A stretch of DNA of 33,003 bases, taken from Octopus bimaculoides. Taxonomy: Eukaryota. The notes below the pieces were generated by a model that was given only the letters and a program-made list of their open reading frames with translations, did no database searches and was not told the origin of the DNA. How positions within the stretch are numbered: position 1 is the first letter of the stretch; each line of letters starts with the position of its first letter. Below are positions 12,571-23,798 of this stretch, in pieces. Location: assembly GCF_001194135.2 (NCBI RefSeq), contig NC_069004.1, positions 35,485,395-35,518,397 on the forward strand, written 5' to 3'. Both the position numbers and the translations under genes were made by a program.

Positions 12571-12785
12571 GAGGCAGTGAGCGGGCAGAACCGTTAGCAT
12601 GCAGGATAAAATACTTAGTGGTTTTTCATCCGTCTTTACGTTCTCAGTCCAAATTCCGCTGAAGTCGACTTTGCCTTTCATCCTTTCCGGATCGATAAAA
12701 TAAGTACCAGTTATGCACTGAGGTCGTTGTAATCGCCTCATCTCCTCCCCCAAAATTTCTGCCCTTGTGGAAAAATTTGAAACCA
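12571..12785 (+). mobile_element. SINE family A copy
   Basis: GGCAGAACCGTTAGCA...AAATTCCGCTGAAGTCGACTTTGCCTTTCATCCTTTCCGGATCGATAAAATAAGTACCAG. Confidence 0.8.
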
Positions 12786-12789
12786 TAAT

Positions 12790-13250
12790 TACTTCCGCCT
12801 TCGCTAAGGCAGAGGTATTGTTTTCAGTCGTGTTTGTTTGTTTGTCTGTAGAAAATATATCTCGAGAACCGCTGGATGAATTCGAATGAAACTTTCAGGG
12901 ATGTTTGGCCTCATGACTGCCACGAGCTGATTAGATTTTGGGATCAATGTGACACCGGACAAGGATTCTAGATTATTTTTTCGTTTTTTTTTTGTTTTTT
13001 TTTACTTAATTTTTGAGAGCAGTCGAATTTATTTTTAGAATTCTCGTTTATGAGAGCAGTCGAGTTTCATTTCAGATATTCTCATTATAGCCATAGTTAA
13101 TCATAGACATGTTTCTGGTTTAGGAGAATAAAAACTCTTCATTACCTCATCGGTATGATATTCCTGTTGTAAATTCGACGATACTGGCAAATGTGCATGC
13201 ATGATCTAGCGCCATCATTGCAGTCGACACATTTTGAAAGTATCTCCAAA
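12790..13250 (+). mobile_element. DINE-1/Helentron-like non-autonomous element (tentative)
   Basis: Terminal hairpin CTTCCGCCTT-CGCT-AAGGCAGAGG, then TATTGTTTTCAGTCG, a (GTTT/GTCT)n tract and ATCTCGAGAACCGCTGGATGAATTCGAATGAAACTT. Internal direct repeat GAGAGCAGTCGA x2; 3' boundary uncertain. Confidence 0.5.
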
Positions 13251-13439
13251 TCCACATAGGCGAGCCAGCCCATCATCTTCCCTCATATTTATATATGTAT
13301 TTATATATTTATTTATATATTTATTTATATATTTATATANNNNNNNNNNNNNNNNNNNNNNNNNNNNNNNNNNNNNNNNNNNNNNNNNNNNNNNNNNNNN
13401 NNNNNNNNNNNNNNNNNNNNNNNNNNNNNNNNNNNNNNN

Positions 13440-13477
<38 letters not shown>

Positions 13478-13546
13478 GATATATATGTACACCCTGCCAA
13501 CACTCAAACTTCCTCTCTTTCTCTCCTATAATATACATACACATCA

Positions 13547-14095
13547 TCATCATCGTTTAACGACTGCTTTCCATGCTAGCATGGGTTGGACGATTTGACT
13601 GCGGACTGGCGAACCAGATGACTGCACCAGGCTCCAATCTGATCTGGCAGAGTTTCTACAGCTGGATGCCCTTCCTAACGCCAACCACTCTGAGAGTGTA
13701 GTGGGTGCTTTTACGTGCCACCGGCATGAGAGCCAGTCACACGGTACTGGCAACAGCTACACTCAAAAAGGTGTTTTTTACATGCCACCTGCACAAGAGC
13801 CAGTCCAGCGGCACTGGCAACGACCTTGCTTGAATGATTTTCTAACGTGCCACCAGCACAAGTGCTAGAAGGCAACGCCGGTAGCGATTGCGCTCAAATG
13901 GTGCTATTTACGGGCCACTAGCACAGAAGCCAGACAACTGCTCTGGCAATAAACACGCTCAGACAGTGCTGTTAGTGCTCCACTGGCGCAGTGCCAGTCA
14001 TCGAGTATGGTTCAATTACGATTTCTCTTGCCCCAACAGGTCTTCGCAAGCAGAGTTTAGTGTGCAATGAAGGAGAGGTTGGCATGGATGCCAGC
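13547..14095 (-). mobile_element. Non-autonomous retroelement with (GAT)n tail and internal about 70-bp subrepeats
   Basis: CATCATCATCGTTTAACG...CCATGCTAGCATGGGTTGGACG...GGATGCCCTTCCTAACGCCAACC, with repeated GTGCCAC...GCCAG...CTGGCAA units. A homologous 3' end lies on the plus strand at 21235-21411. Confidence 0.7.
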
Positions 14096-14184
14096 TGTCA
14101 GATTCGGCTCGATTTTGATACACACGCACACACACACACAGCTGCAAAATGCCAGATTGAAGGAAGAAATTCTTTGAGTTTTAC

Positions 14185-14262
14185 CATTTTGTAGGAATCG
14201 CAACCTTGCTGCTATTTTGTCGTCGTTGAGTGCAATGCAGCCCATCACTGCATCGGAGTGAC
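14185..14262 (-). CDS. CTH: CTH coding exon 7 (78 nt)
   Basis: TATTCTTTCAG acceptor; (G)HSDAVMGCIALNDDKIAARLRFLQN completes KYMNGHSD; GTAAAA donor at 14184. Confidence 0.96.
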
Positions 14263-14696
14263 CTGAAAGAATAGAGCAACGAGGATTAGTAACAAGAAGG
14301 CTCCATGCAAGAGGCGGGGGAGGGGAAGTGGGGGAGGAGCAGGTGATGCTTTTTTTTTCGTTTTTAAAATATTTTTATTATTTTATTTTTATTTGCTGAT
14401 TTGTAAAAGAAGGAAAGACACAACAGCAAAGCCCTTCCCTCTGTCCCTTCAAGTGAATTGACAGTCACTCCATTAAACACAAGGCCACATACTGGGAGGG
14501 CATCATCACCATCATCATCATCATTAATTTAATGCCCACGTCTCCATAGTTGCAGATGAAAGAATCAGAAGAAATAACAAAAACTTCAAAATGTTTTATG
14601 GAATTTGTGGTATCTCTTAATGTTCTGAGTTCAAATCCCACTAAGACCAGAATTGCTGGCCTTGTGCCAAAATAAGAAACTCAATAATAATAATAA

Positions 14697-14904
14697 TCCT
14701 TTCTACTAAAGGCACAAGGCCTGATATTTTGCGGGAGGGGACTAGTCGATTACATCGACCCCAGCGTTTCACTGATACTTATCGACCCTGAAAAAATGAA
14801 AGGCAAAGTCAACCTCGGTGGAATTTGAACTCAGAACGTAAAGACAGACGAAATGTTGCTAAGCATTTTGCCCAGCATGTTAATGATTGTGCTGGCTCAC
14901 TGCC
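14697..14904 (-). mobile_element. SINE family A copy, 26 nt from the exon 6 donor
   Basis: ATGAAAGGCAAAGTCAACCTCGGTGGAATTTGAACTCAGAACGT is the reverse complement of the family A core. Confidence 0.8.
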
Positions 14905-14930
14905 ATAATTATAATAATAATGATACATAC

Positions 14931-14988
14931 CATTCATATATTTGGTCATCGAATGAACCACAATGTCAGCACCAAAATCCAAGGGTCG
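14931..14988 (-). CDS. CTH: CTH coding exon 6 (58 nt), contains the PLP Schiff-base lysine
   Basis: TTTATTTTAG acceptor; RPLDFGADIVVHSMTKYMN(G); Lys codon AAA at 14943-14941; GTATG donor at 14930. Confidence 0.97.
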
Positions 14989-15997
14989 CTAAAATAAATG
15001 AGGAAAATGAGAAAAAAAATAGCAAACAAAAAGATCAAAGTTTCAAAGGAAATACAGAGAGTTGAAACAACATCGAGGTTAATAATGTTATGTTTTTATG
15101 TGTAGTTAAGTTTCTTGCTCAAGGGTTTAACCCTTAGGATCAAAAGAACCTACACAATGCCTACACAATGTTGATTCACCATTTATTGAATTAGGAATCC
15201 TGTTTAGCTCCCATTTTATGGTGTGTTATAAGGGAGAGATCACTGGCTCCACTTCCCTTCACGGGATAGGAAGACAGTCTACTCACAATTGATCAGCGAC
15301 CAGTTTGTGGAGCAATGAACCGCTTTACAGTAAAAAGCAGATAAATTCACTCAAGCAAACACCTATTGACTCCGAATCAGAAAAGAATTTTGTTGACTTT
15401 GTTTTTCGAGGTCATCTACAACAACAACAATTACACAAGACCTTGACAGAGATTTAATTGTCCTTATTAATTAGTAAAGTTAATTGATAATAATTAACGC
15501 GGTTTTCGGTGATGAAACACCAATATATTTTTAATCGAACTTACGAATTAAGAGAGTGTTTAGAGTAGCCTCCCTTGAATCCAGAGTTATTTACTTCAAA
15601 ATGGAGATGTAAGGTTTGCTGAAAATAACAGCCACATTCCCCTTAAATTACACATCAACATTCCAATTAAAACAGTAAATAATATTGCTCTAGGTAACAC
15701 TCGACTCCCACCTTCCAAAATAGACGAGATGGTCATGGCTGGAACATTTTATTCAGTCGGGGTTGTTTAAAGGTTAAACAACAATAATGGCAGTATTTAC
15801 ATGGTCGACTGACAACCAAATCACACTATTATTGTACAAGAAAAAAAGAACACAAGCGATAATGTCGGAATAAAAGATGGGATGGTCACGATTGGACCTT
15901 CTCTTATGGACCTAATATTTCACTGTTTCCCATTTTTTTAAACAGTAGAGTGTGGCTTGAGGAAGATTCAGCTGCTATGTCAAGCAAATCTGATATA

Positions 15998-16210
15998 GGA
16001 TTCAAATTTTAGCACAAGGCCAGAAATTCTAGAAGGAAAAGATCGGTCGATTACGTCAACCCCAAAAGCTCAACTGGTATTCAATTTATCATCCCCAAAA
16101 AAGATGAAATGCAAAGTCAGCTCCAATGGGATTTGAACTCCTATCACAATGGATTGAAACGTCATTAGGTATTTCATCCAATGTTTTAACAACACTGCCA
16201 GCTCACGGCC
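15998..16210 (-). mobile_element. SINE family A copy (diverged)
   Basis: GATGAAATGCAAAGTCAGC...GGATTTGAACTC...CTGCCAGCTCAC matches family A in reverse. Confidence 0.7.
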
Positions 16211-16324
16211 TGCAAGTAAAATCGAATATTTAATATCAAATTTGGTGTAGATTGTAGATTGTGTCGGTAAGGATTTTAAGAATGCTGAAAGAAATTAAAG
16301 GGAAAATGGAAAAAAGGAATTTAC

Positions 16325-16456
16325 CTGGAAGTAAGGAGAGCAAAATGTGTTGTCAATAGCAACAACAGCATCGGATTTCTCTTTGGTCACTTTACAAGCA
16401 GCAGCAATGTCAACTACTTTCATTAAGGGGTTGGTGGGAGTCTCAATCCAAACAAG
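16325..16456 (-). CDS. CTH: CTH coding exon 5 (132 nt)
   Basis: TTTTGCAG acceptor; LVWIETPTNPLMKVVDIAAACKVTKEKSDAVVAIDNTFCSPYFQ with the ETPTNP and DNTF motifs; GTAAA donor at 16324. Not in the ORF track. Confidence 0.97.
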
Positions 16457-16549
16457 CTGCAAAAACAAAGGAAATAAATACGTAAAAAAAAAGAGAAAAA
16501 TGAATAAATAGGTTTATTTGAAGCTTAGGGTAGAGCTGCAACTGAGAAT

Positions 16550-16730
16550 AACAGTACCACCCCCATTGAAAGGGATGCGAGCCCATCACAAGATCAGCAT
16601 CACATTTTCAGCTGAGTGGACTGAAGTGGCATAAAAATGAAGTGTTCTGCACAAGAACACAACGTGCCGCCTGGGTCAAGAATTGAAACCCAAACCCTCT
16701 GATTGTGAGTCCAATGTTGTAACTACTTAG
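16550..16730 (-). mobile_element. tRNA-derived SINE with CORE-like segment
   Basis: Minus strand: ...GGGTTTCAATTCTTGACC...GTGTTCTTGTGCAGAACACTTCAT...CCACTCAGCTGAAAATG; related to 2566-2840. Confidence 0.55.
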
Positions 16731-16850
16731 AGGACACACACACCTCTTTGGAAATAAATGAATGAAATTTCTACGACCAGCAAATGATAAACAGTGTGGC
16801 TATTACAACGAAGTGGGTAAAATGATGGCTAATTAATAAGGGATGGTCAC

Positions 16851-17065
16851 TAGATTCAGTGGATTGATGATAGACGAGTTCCATTAGAGTTTTTCATTTT
16901 GGCTTTCTACCACTACTTCAAATCATCACTCCCTGGGTCAGTTCTCAGATGATATCTTGGTTGCCAGGTAAATCTAAGGGTCAGATTCAATGTTCACCAA
17001 GTATTGTTAGAAAGCCAAAATGAAAACTCTAATGGAACTGATCTATCATCGATCCACTGTTTCTA
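16851..17065. repeat. Inverted-repeat element, about 52-bp arms (MITE-like)
   Basis: CAGTGGATTGATGATAGACGAGTTCCATTAGAGTTTTTCATTTTGGCTTTCTA (16857-16909) pairs with 17008-17059 (3 substitutions, 1 indel); TA at both outer ends. Confidence 0.75.
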
Positions 17066-17066
17066 A

Positions 17067-17553
17067 GAATATATTAAGACGAGAATAAGTAAGGCAACGG
17101 TCGCTTTCTACCTGTTAAAAAAAGTATGGAGCACAAGTGTAATTTCAATAAAGAACAAAATAAGAATTTTTAACACTAATGTAAAAGCGGTTTTATTGTA
17201 TGGGGCTGAGACATGGCGAACAACAGTTAAGTCAAATAAGCAAATACAATCATTCATCAACAGATGCTTGCGTAGTATACTTAAAATCAGATGGACCGAA
17301 CACATAAGCAATATGGAGCTATGACAAAGAACGAATCAAGTTTCGATTAGGGAGCAAATATTTATGAAAAAGTGGGAGTGGATTGGTAGCACAATTAGAA
17401 AAGACACAACAAATGTAGCGAAAAGTGCTTTACAGTGGAATCCAGATGGATATAGAAAGAGGGGTAGGCCTAAGAACATGTGGTGTAGATCAACATAAAA
17501 GGAACTAGAGAAAGGGGGACATTCATGGCAGAGTATAAGTACAGAAGCGAGAA
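17067..17553 (+). mobile_element. RTE-clade LINE fragment (RT thumb/C-terminal region), 5'-truncated, runs into gap
   Basis: One frame reads EYIKTRISKATVAFYLLKKVWSTSVISIKNKIRIFNTNVKAVLLYGAETW...FINRCLRSILKIRW...KKWEWIGSTIRK...LQWNPDGYRKRGRPK with 2 stops. The LLYGAETW and G-R-RGRP motifs are typical of RTE elements. Confidence 0.92.
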
Positions 17554-18117
17554 NNNNNNNNNNNNNNNNNNNNNNNNNNNNNNNNNNNNNNNNNNNNNNN
17601 NNNNNNNNNNNNNNNNNNNNNNNNNNNNNNNNNNNNNNNNNNNNNNNNNNNNNNNNNNNNNNNNNNNNNNNNNNNNNNNNNNNNNNNNNNNNNNNNNNNN
17701 NNNNNNNNNNNNNNNNNNNNNNNNNNNNNNNNNNNNNNNNNNNNNNNNNNNNNNNNNNNNNNNNNNNNNNNNNNNNNNNNNNNNNNNNNNNNNNNNNNNN
17801 NNNNNNNNNNNNNNNNNNNNNNNNNNNNNNNNNNNNNNNNNNNNNNNNNNNNNNNNNNNNNNNNNNNNNNNNNNNNNNNNNNNNNNNNNNNNNNNNNNNN
17901 NNNNNNNNNNNNNNNNNNNNNNNNNNNNNNNNNNNNNNNNNNNNNNNNNNNNNNNNNNNNNNNNNNNNNNNNNNNNNNNNNNNNNNNNNNNNNNNNNNNN
18001 NNNNNNNNNNNNNNNNNNNNNNNNNNNNNNNNNNNNNNNNNNNNNNNNNNNNNNNNNNNNNNNNNNNNNNNNNNNNNNNNNNNNNNNNNNNNNNNNNNNN
18101 NNNNNNNNNNNNNNNNN
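17554..18117 (-). other. Assembly gap (564 N) predicted to contain CTH exon 4 (about 110 nt)
   Basis: Exon 3 ends in phase 1 and exon 5 starts in phase 0, so an exon of length 3n+2 is required. No matching sequence was found in the called bases between 16457 and 18163. Confidence 0.75.
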
Positions 18118-18163
18118 CAGAGAACTTTAGGTAGGCATAAAATCCAAATGATCCACCACTTAC

Positions 18164-18259
18164 CTCCATACATGTCATCCATACTGACAATGTGGTCTCC
18201 AGCCTTTAATAATCTTGTTACCAAATCATTTGCTGCCAAACCTGAAGCCATGCACAACG
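18164..18259 (-). CDS. CTH: CTH coding exon 3 (96 nt)
   Basis: Long T tract + CAG acceptor; (A)LCMASGLAANDLVTRLLKAGDHIVSMDDMYG(G) with the SGLAA phosphate-binding loop and the PLP-stacking Tyr in DDMYGG; GTAAGT donor at 18163; phase 1 to phase 1. Confidence 0.97.
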
Positions 18260-19074
18260 CTGGGAACAAAAAAAAAAATAAAGAAACAAAAAAAAAAAAA
18301 GAAACAAACAAAAAAAAAACATAAAAAATTAGCATAATTGTTTGCTTCATATGATTTTGTTTTTTTCGTTGTAACAGTTTTTGTAAGTGACCACCACTCC
18401 TAGAGTTCCTCTTAAAGAGTAATATTTTTGTTTATCATAAAGAAAAATTGCAAACTGAGTGGAACTGACTGTAAATAAGGAGTTTTGGCAGTTGGGGTCT
18501 TTAATTAGGGACAAAATAGGGCAAAGTTTGTTTAATGTCAGTAAATGAGGTTTAATCAGGTTTTTTTCTAATTTTGGTTCTCCTGTGTTGCTCAGCAAAT
18601 GAGGAACCAAACTCCAGCCACTTCTACACTTTCACATCCATTCTACATAATGTCAGATATCTTCAGGTCATCTTGAAAGACCTGCTGCCAAAGGATCTTT
18701 GACTGGCCTAATTCATGGCTGTTTTCAAGTGTTGTCGATCAACCAGACAATTTTATCAAGGGAAGGTAGTTTTTCAGAAATGGTCAGGGTTGACATACTT
18801 TTGATTGTAGATCAACATGACCTACTGTGCTGGCCTGGGGTTAAACAAAAACAAGAGCAGCAACATTAACACCAACACCACCAACATGATCCAGTAATGG
18901 GACTTCTACATTATGAAGTCCCCATCCTTTTCACTGCCAATGACCCCCTATTTACAAAAGGACCATTATTATTAAAATGAATTGCACCAAACACACACAC
19001 ACATCTAGGCCAAATGATTTTTGTAACAAACTGGAGGGGGGAGGGGTTATTTTGTTTGTTTTCTAAGCTTGCTC

Positions 19075-19126
<52 letters not shown>

Positions 19127-19132
19127 CAGTAG
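19075..19132. repeat. (AGT)n microsatellite
   Basis: About 18 near-perfect units. Confidence 0.95.
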
Positions 19133-19809
19133 AGGTGGTTATATAATCAGGTGAAGATCTGGGCAAAAACTACAACAAAAAAAAATAAAAGAAAAGCAAA
19201 AAAAAAAAAAAAATGTAGAGGATAAAGAAAGGTGCTTGTAGGTTGAATTTCAAGTACAGAGAGACAAACAGACAGACGTTTCCAGATAAGCACAGAAGCA
19301 CACAAACAGGTAAACATACGTATAGGAAAATAGAGAGGTAAACAACATGTAGGCATATACACACACACACCAGCACAAACAGATATACATATGGACACAT
19401 AACATTCACCTAAATATGCTGACACATACACACACGAGTAAACACACACAAACACACACACAGATAAACATGCAGATATACAAACACATACAAATACAAT
19501 TCAACAAAGAAGCCTTTATGTGGTTGCTCAATTTGCTAGATATCACAGTCAAATTCCTCTCGATCCACACACTTTACCAACTTGGGGGCGGTGGGACGGA
19601 AAAAATGGAATGACTTCAGGTAAAATGTAGTTTTGAATATATTGTTTATAAAGTAAGACAGGATGGTCATGGTAGGAACAAACACAACCATCTTTACAAG
19701 AAGTATAATTTATATGAGACGTACTCGTTTCACTATGTGGTATTTATAAGGAATTCGTGTTATCAGATGTACTCCTTTCCACTCGCATAAAAGGACAGTA
19801 AGGTGAGGT

Positions 19810-19960
19810 GTTGGCAGGCTCATTAGCATGCCAGGTAAAATGCTATGGAGTTCGAATTTGGCAAAGGTCAACTTGGCCTTTCGCCCTTTCAAGGTTGATG
19901 AAATACTCAACTTATCCCTGCCCCCAAAACTGCAGGCTTTGTGCCAAAATTTGAAAGCAG
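19810..19960 (+). mobile_element. SINE family A copy (internally deleted)
   Basis: TTAGCATGCCAGGTAAAATGC...GTCAACTTGGCCTTTCGCCCTTTCAAGGTTGAT...GCTTTGTGCCAAAATTTGAAA. Confidence 0.65.
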
Positions 19961-20244
19961 TATTTACAAGGAGTATTTTCATTTTATGTGACTTAATTAA
20001 GGAAGAAAGGGCAGTGCCCTTGACCCTTTAAAGGAGTTTCTGTGATGGGTGAAAGGAAAGGAGTGAAGTTATCAAACCAGAGATGTGCACCCAAACCCCA
20101 CAAATATTTACAACATGGTAGACCCTCCTCAAAGAACCAAGTGATGATCTTAAACCAAAAATCTAATCCTGAAATATTTACATGACAGACCTTCCTAAAG
20201 GTACCGAAAGACCAAGAAATAATCTCAAAGCAGGTGGTACTCAC

Positions 20245-20326
20245 CATGTTTGGCTCCTTCGAGTGAGGCAATGCACTTCTCGAGGCAGTTCCTGGTTGGG
20301 TTACCACTTCTTGAATAGTCGAAGCC
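20245..20326 (-). CDS. CTH: CTH coding exon 2 (82 nt)
   Basis: Pyrimidine tract + CAG acceptor (20328-20327); GFDYSRSGNPTRNCLEKCIASLEGAKH carries the conserved Y-x-R-x-x-N-P-T motif; GTGAGT donor at 20244. Confidence 0.97.
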
Positions 20327-21234
20327 CTGTGGCAGGAATAAAAGAATGGAGAGAATGATGCTGAGGAGGGGGGAAAGAACAAAGAAAAAAGGGTGGGGTG
20401 GCGGATAGGAGGAACAATGAAAATAAAACAAAAATGGTTAAGAGGCAAAACTAGAAAAGAAAAATGGTGGGAGAAACAAGAATGACACAGTCGTCCAAGA
20501 ATGGTAAAAATTAAAAAAAATAAAACAAGGACATGGAAAGAAAGAAATGATGAAAAATATTTAAATAAAACACGAAACAGAATTGACAAACTACAAAAAA
20601 CAGAAACACTAAAAGAAGATACAAAGAAAAACAGAAATAACCAAAAAACAGAAATATTCTGCTCAATACCACAGATTTGCTTGTCAGTTGCTTGACCATA
20701 ACCAGTTGAGCATGTCCCTTGGTGGCTGACGATATGTGCATCTCTGATCACGAGCAGAAGTAGTGGGGGAGCATCATAGCCATGTGTTGAGAGGAGTTCT
20801 TTGGGTTTGAATAATTCAACTTTAGAAACATGAGTGTTTCATTCATCGTCCTTAAACAACCCTTATCCAGGGACCTTTTGAGTGGGATGGGCTACTCGAC
20901 CTGAAGAAAATTCTATCTGGGCCCCGTCTGTAAGGTCATGCGCTGTTTATATTGATATGAGATCACCATGTTACACACATGTGGTTGTGATGCATGTGCC
21001 TGGTGTACCCTTATCAGACGGGTAGTCATGGTGGGTATACTGTTCATACATACCATTTTTGTCATCATTTCTAATGCCATCCCAACACCAACCACTTTAC
21101 AGAATGGATCGAATATGTTTAAACTTGACACCAATAGCAGAGAGGGGACCAGGCCACCAAGGTCCTCTCAGCCTTTATCTCTGCTTCTCTGCCAACCGTT
21201 TTATACTCTCTCCTCACATTTTGTCATGGCTAAA

Positions 21235-21411
21235 TGCTAGCAGTAGGTCACTCTGGAAAGTGGTTGGCATTAGGAAGGGCTTTCAGCCACAGAAACAATG
21301 CTAAAACAGACAAAAGGAGCCTGGTTCAATTCTCTGGCTCACCAGCTCCTATCGAACCGTCCAACCCATACCAGCATGGAAAACGGACTTTAAATGATGA
21401 CGATGATGATG
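21235..21411 (+). mobile_element. 3' end of the same (GAT)n-tailed retroelement
   Basis: GGTTGGCATTAGGAAGGGC...CCGTCCAACCCATACCAGCATGGAAAACGGACTTTAAATGATGACGATGATGATG. Confidence 0.7.
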
Positions 21412-21774
21412 GGTGACACGGGTGAAACTTAACATTAAATACTGACTGACACCGAAGACAAACTCTGCTTGATTACAGAGAATCACATGACACACTCTAA
21501 ACTTCAGCTGCAGATGTCGTGCCATGCACCGACTGACAGCCAGGAATGTCTGGTAACGGCAAAGACGTTTCCAACTGTTTGTTTAACAATAATCATCGAC
21601 AGGAAAATACATTTATGCCCCCACTCCCCACCCCCACCCCTGTAATATAAGGAAGTTAATATTTGTTTAAGTCTGAATAACAAGGAAACGAAAAGAGAAA
21701 GGTGATAACGGGTTGACTTTGATGATGATGACATTTTGTGGGTGGATAATAATGGTGTTAATATATCTTGATAG

Positions 21775-22240
21775 AATGGAGAGTTGGCAGAATTGTTAGC
21801 ATGCTGGGCGAAATGCTTAGCAGTATTTTGTCTGCCATTACGTTCTGAGTTCAAATTCCACTGAGGTCAACTTATCCTTTCGGGGTTGATTAAATAAGTA
21901 CCAGTTATGCACTGGGACTCAATGTAATCAACTTAATCCCTTTGTCTGTCCTTGTTTGTCCCATCTATGTTTATCCCCCTTATGGGCAATAAAGAAATAA
22001 ATACATTTGTTGATGTCAAAGTGACGAGCTGGCAGAATCGTTAGCATTCTGGATAAAGTGCATGGTGACATTTCTTCTGGCTTTTTGTTCCAAGTTCAAA
22101 TGCCACCATGGCTGACTTCGCCTATCATCTTTGCGGGGTCAACTTTGCCTGTCACCCTTTTGTAAGGGAGTGGCGGGGTGGGGGTGGGGTCGATAGAATG
22201 AGTACAAATTGAGTGCTGGGGATCAGTGTAAACAACTTGC
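21775..22240 (+). mobile_element. Two tandem SINE family A copies (21775-22000 and 22020-22240)
   Basis: Both start GAG(T/C)TGGCAGAAT(T/C)GTTAGCAT and carry the B-box-like AGTTCAAAT and the central domain. Confidence 0.75.
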
Positions 22241-22992
22241 CTTCTCTTTTTCTTAGTATTCACAAAATNNNNNNNNNNNNNNNNNNNNNNNNNNNNNNNN
22301 NNNNNNNNNNNNNNNNNNNNNNNNNNNNNNNNNNNNNNNNNNNNNNNNNNNNNNNNNNNNNNNNNNNNNNNNNNNNNNNNNNNNNNNNNNNNNNNNNNNN
22401 NNNNNNNNNNNNNNNNNNNNNNNNNNNNNNNNNNNNNNNNNNNNNNNNNNNNNNNNNNNNNNNNNNNNNNNNNNNNNCATGTATATTACATAATCAATGT
22501 TTACCATTTACACTGCCCTCCCCCACCCCACTCCAACCTTTCTGCAGACGAAAAGACATCCTCCACTTCACCCCCCCACCCCCCACCCTTTGTAGTCGTT
22601 TGATTACCTCTTGACATTGTTATTCTTGATCATGTAATAACAAAACTCAACGTGTGTGTGTGTGTGTGTGTGCATGTGAGTGTGTGTGTGTTGCACATAA
22701 ATGTCTGTCCTTTTATAGAGAAAAAAATGAGTGGGTGGTGGTGGTCATCATAGTCGTGATGGTGGTCATCGTCATCATCATGTTGTTGGTGGTGGTTATT
22801 CTTTGATGATAAGTGAGAACTAATTAACATAAAATGAGCAATTCAGGTTAACAACTTCTTATCTTCACTTGAAACCTTTCACATGTAAGGATATCTAAGT
22901 CATCATCATCATCACTGTCATCATTACAACCATCATGGGTACCATCATCATCATCATCATCATCATGTCACTCACCAAGTTGGCAATAAATA

Positions 22993-23146
22993 TGGCTGTG
23001 TGTTTAAGAAGTTCTCCACAAAACCTGGTTGTTCTAGGTTCAATCCTACAGTGTGGAACTTCTAGCAAGTGTTGTCTATCATGGCCATAGGTTGACCGAT
23101 GCCTTCAAGGATGAAATTTGATAGACGGAAACTGTGTGAAAGCCTG
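22993..23146 (+). mobile_element. SINE family B 5' half (diverged)
   Basis: TGGCTGTGTGTTTAAGAAG...GGTTCAATCC...GCAAGTGTTGTCTATCATGGCC...GACGGAAACTG. Confidence 0.65.
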
Positions 23147-23707
23147 ATAAAAGTATCGGCATTTCTCCAGTTGGTGGAAGCCCAACAGAGGGAGTTGCCC
23201 CTTATGTCAATAAATGTTATAATATGGTTTTCTGTTAAATATATGCTCAACATATGCTTAATATTTATCATTACCCCTCATGTTCTGGAAAAAAAAAAGA
23301 GACTGTCTAGATGGGCTATTTTCATTGAAAAGCAATTAGCATGGTTCACCCAAAACTGAAGAATCTGAAATTAAAAAGAAAGGATGCTACACAGAATAAT
23401 GAAAACGTAACAATGGTGTTGCCATGGGGTGCAAAGCAGCTGGAAAAAGTTTTATGAAAATCGATTCACAGAAAACCAAGAAATTCTAAATTTCACTCAA
23501 ACTATTAGCGTGGTTCTGCATAACAAAACTGTCCAATGAACGGGAACGTGAAACTCCAAGTAACAGCTTTTTGTTATATTTCTGCAGCTTTTAAATAAGG
23601 TATATATATACACGCACACACACATACACATATACACACATACAGAGAGAGGCAATTGTGCAGATAAACAAACTGAATGAAACAGCTTGGGTTTGATATA
23701 TAAAATA

Positions 23708-23798
23708 CTAGCAGAAATACCCGGCGTTGCCCGGGTTAAAGAGAATAATGAAATCTAAAAACGCCGTCTAGACTACGCATCATCTTTATATATAGAGA
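23708..23798 (-). mobile_element. Complete 91-bp non-autonomous Helitron
   Basis: Minus strand: A|TCTCTATATATAAAG...ACCCGG-GCAACG-CCGGGT-ATTTCTG-CTAG|T. Shows 5' TC, a GC hairpin 7 nt before the 3' CTAG, and insertion between A and T with no TSD. Confidence 0.8.

Noticed and set aside
18347-18780. 87-aa ORF upstream of exon 3 as a candidate for the missing exon
   Set aside because: It lies on the wrong side of exon 3 and has no CTH similarity.
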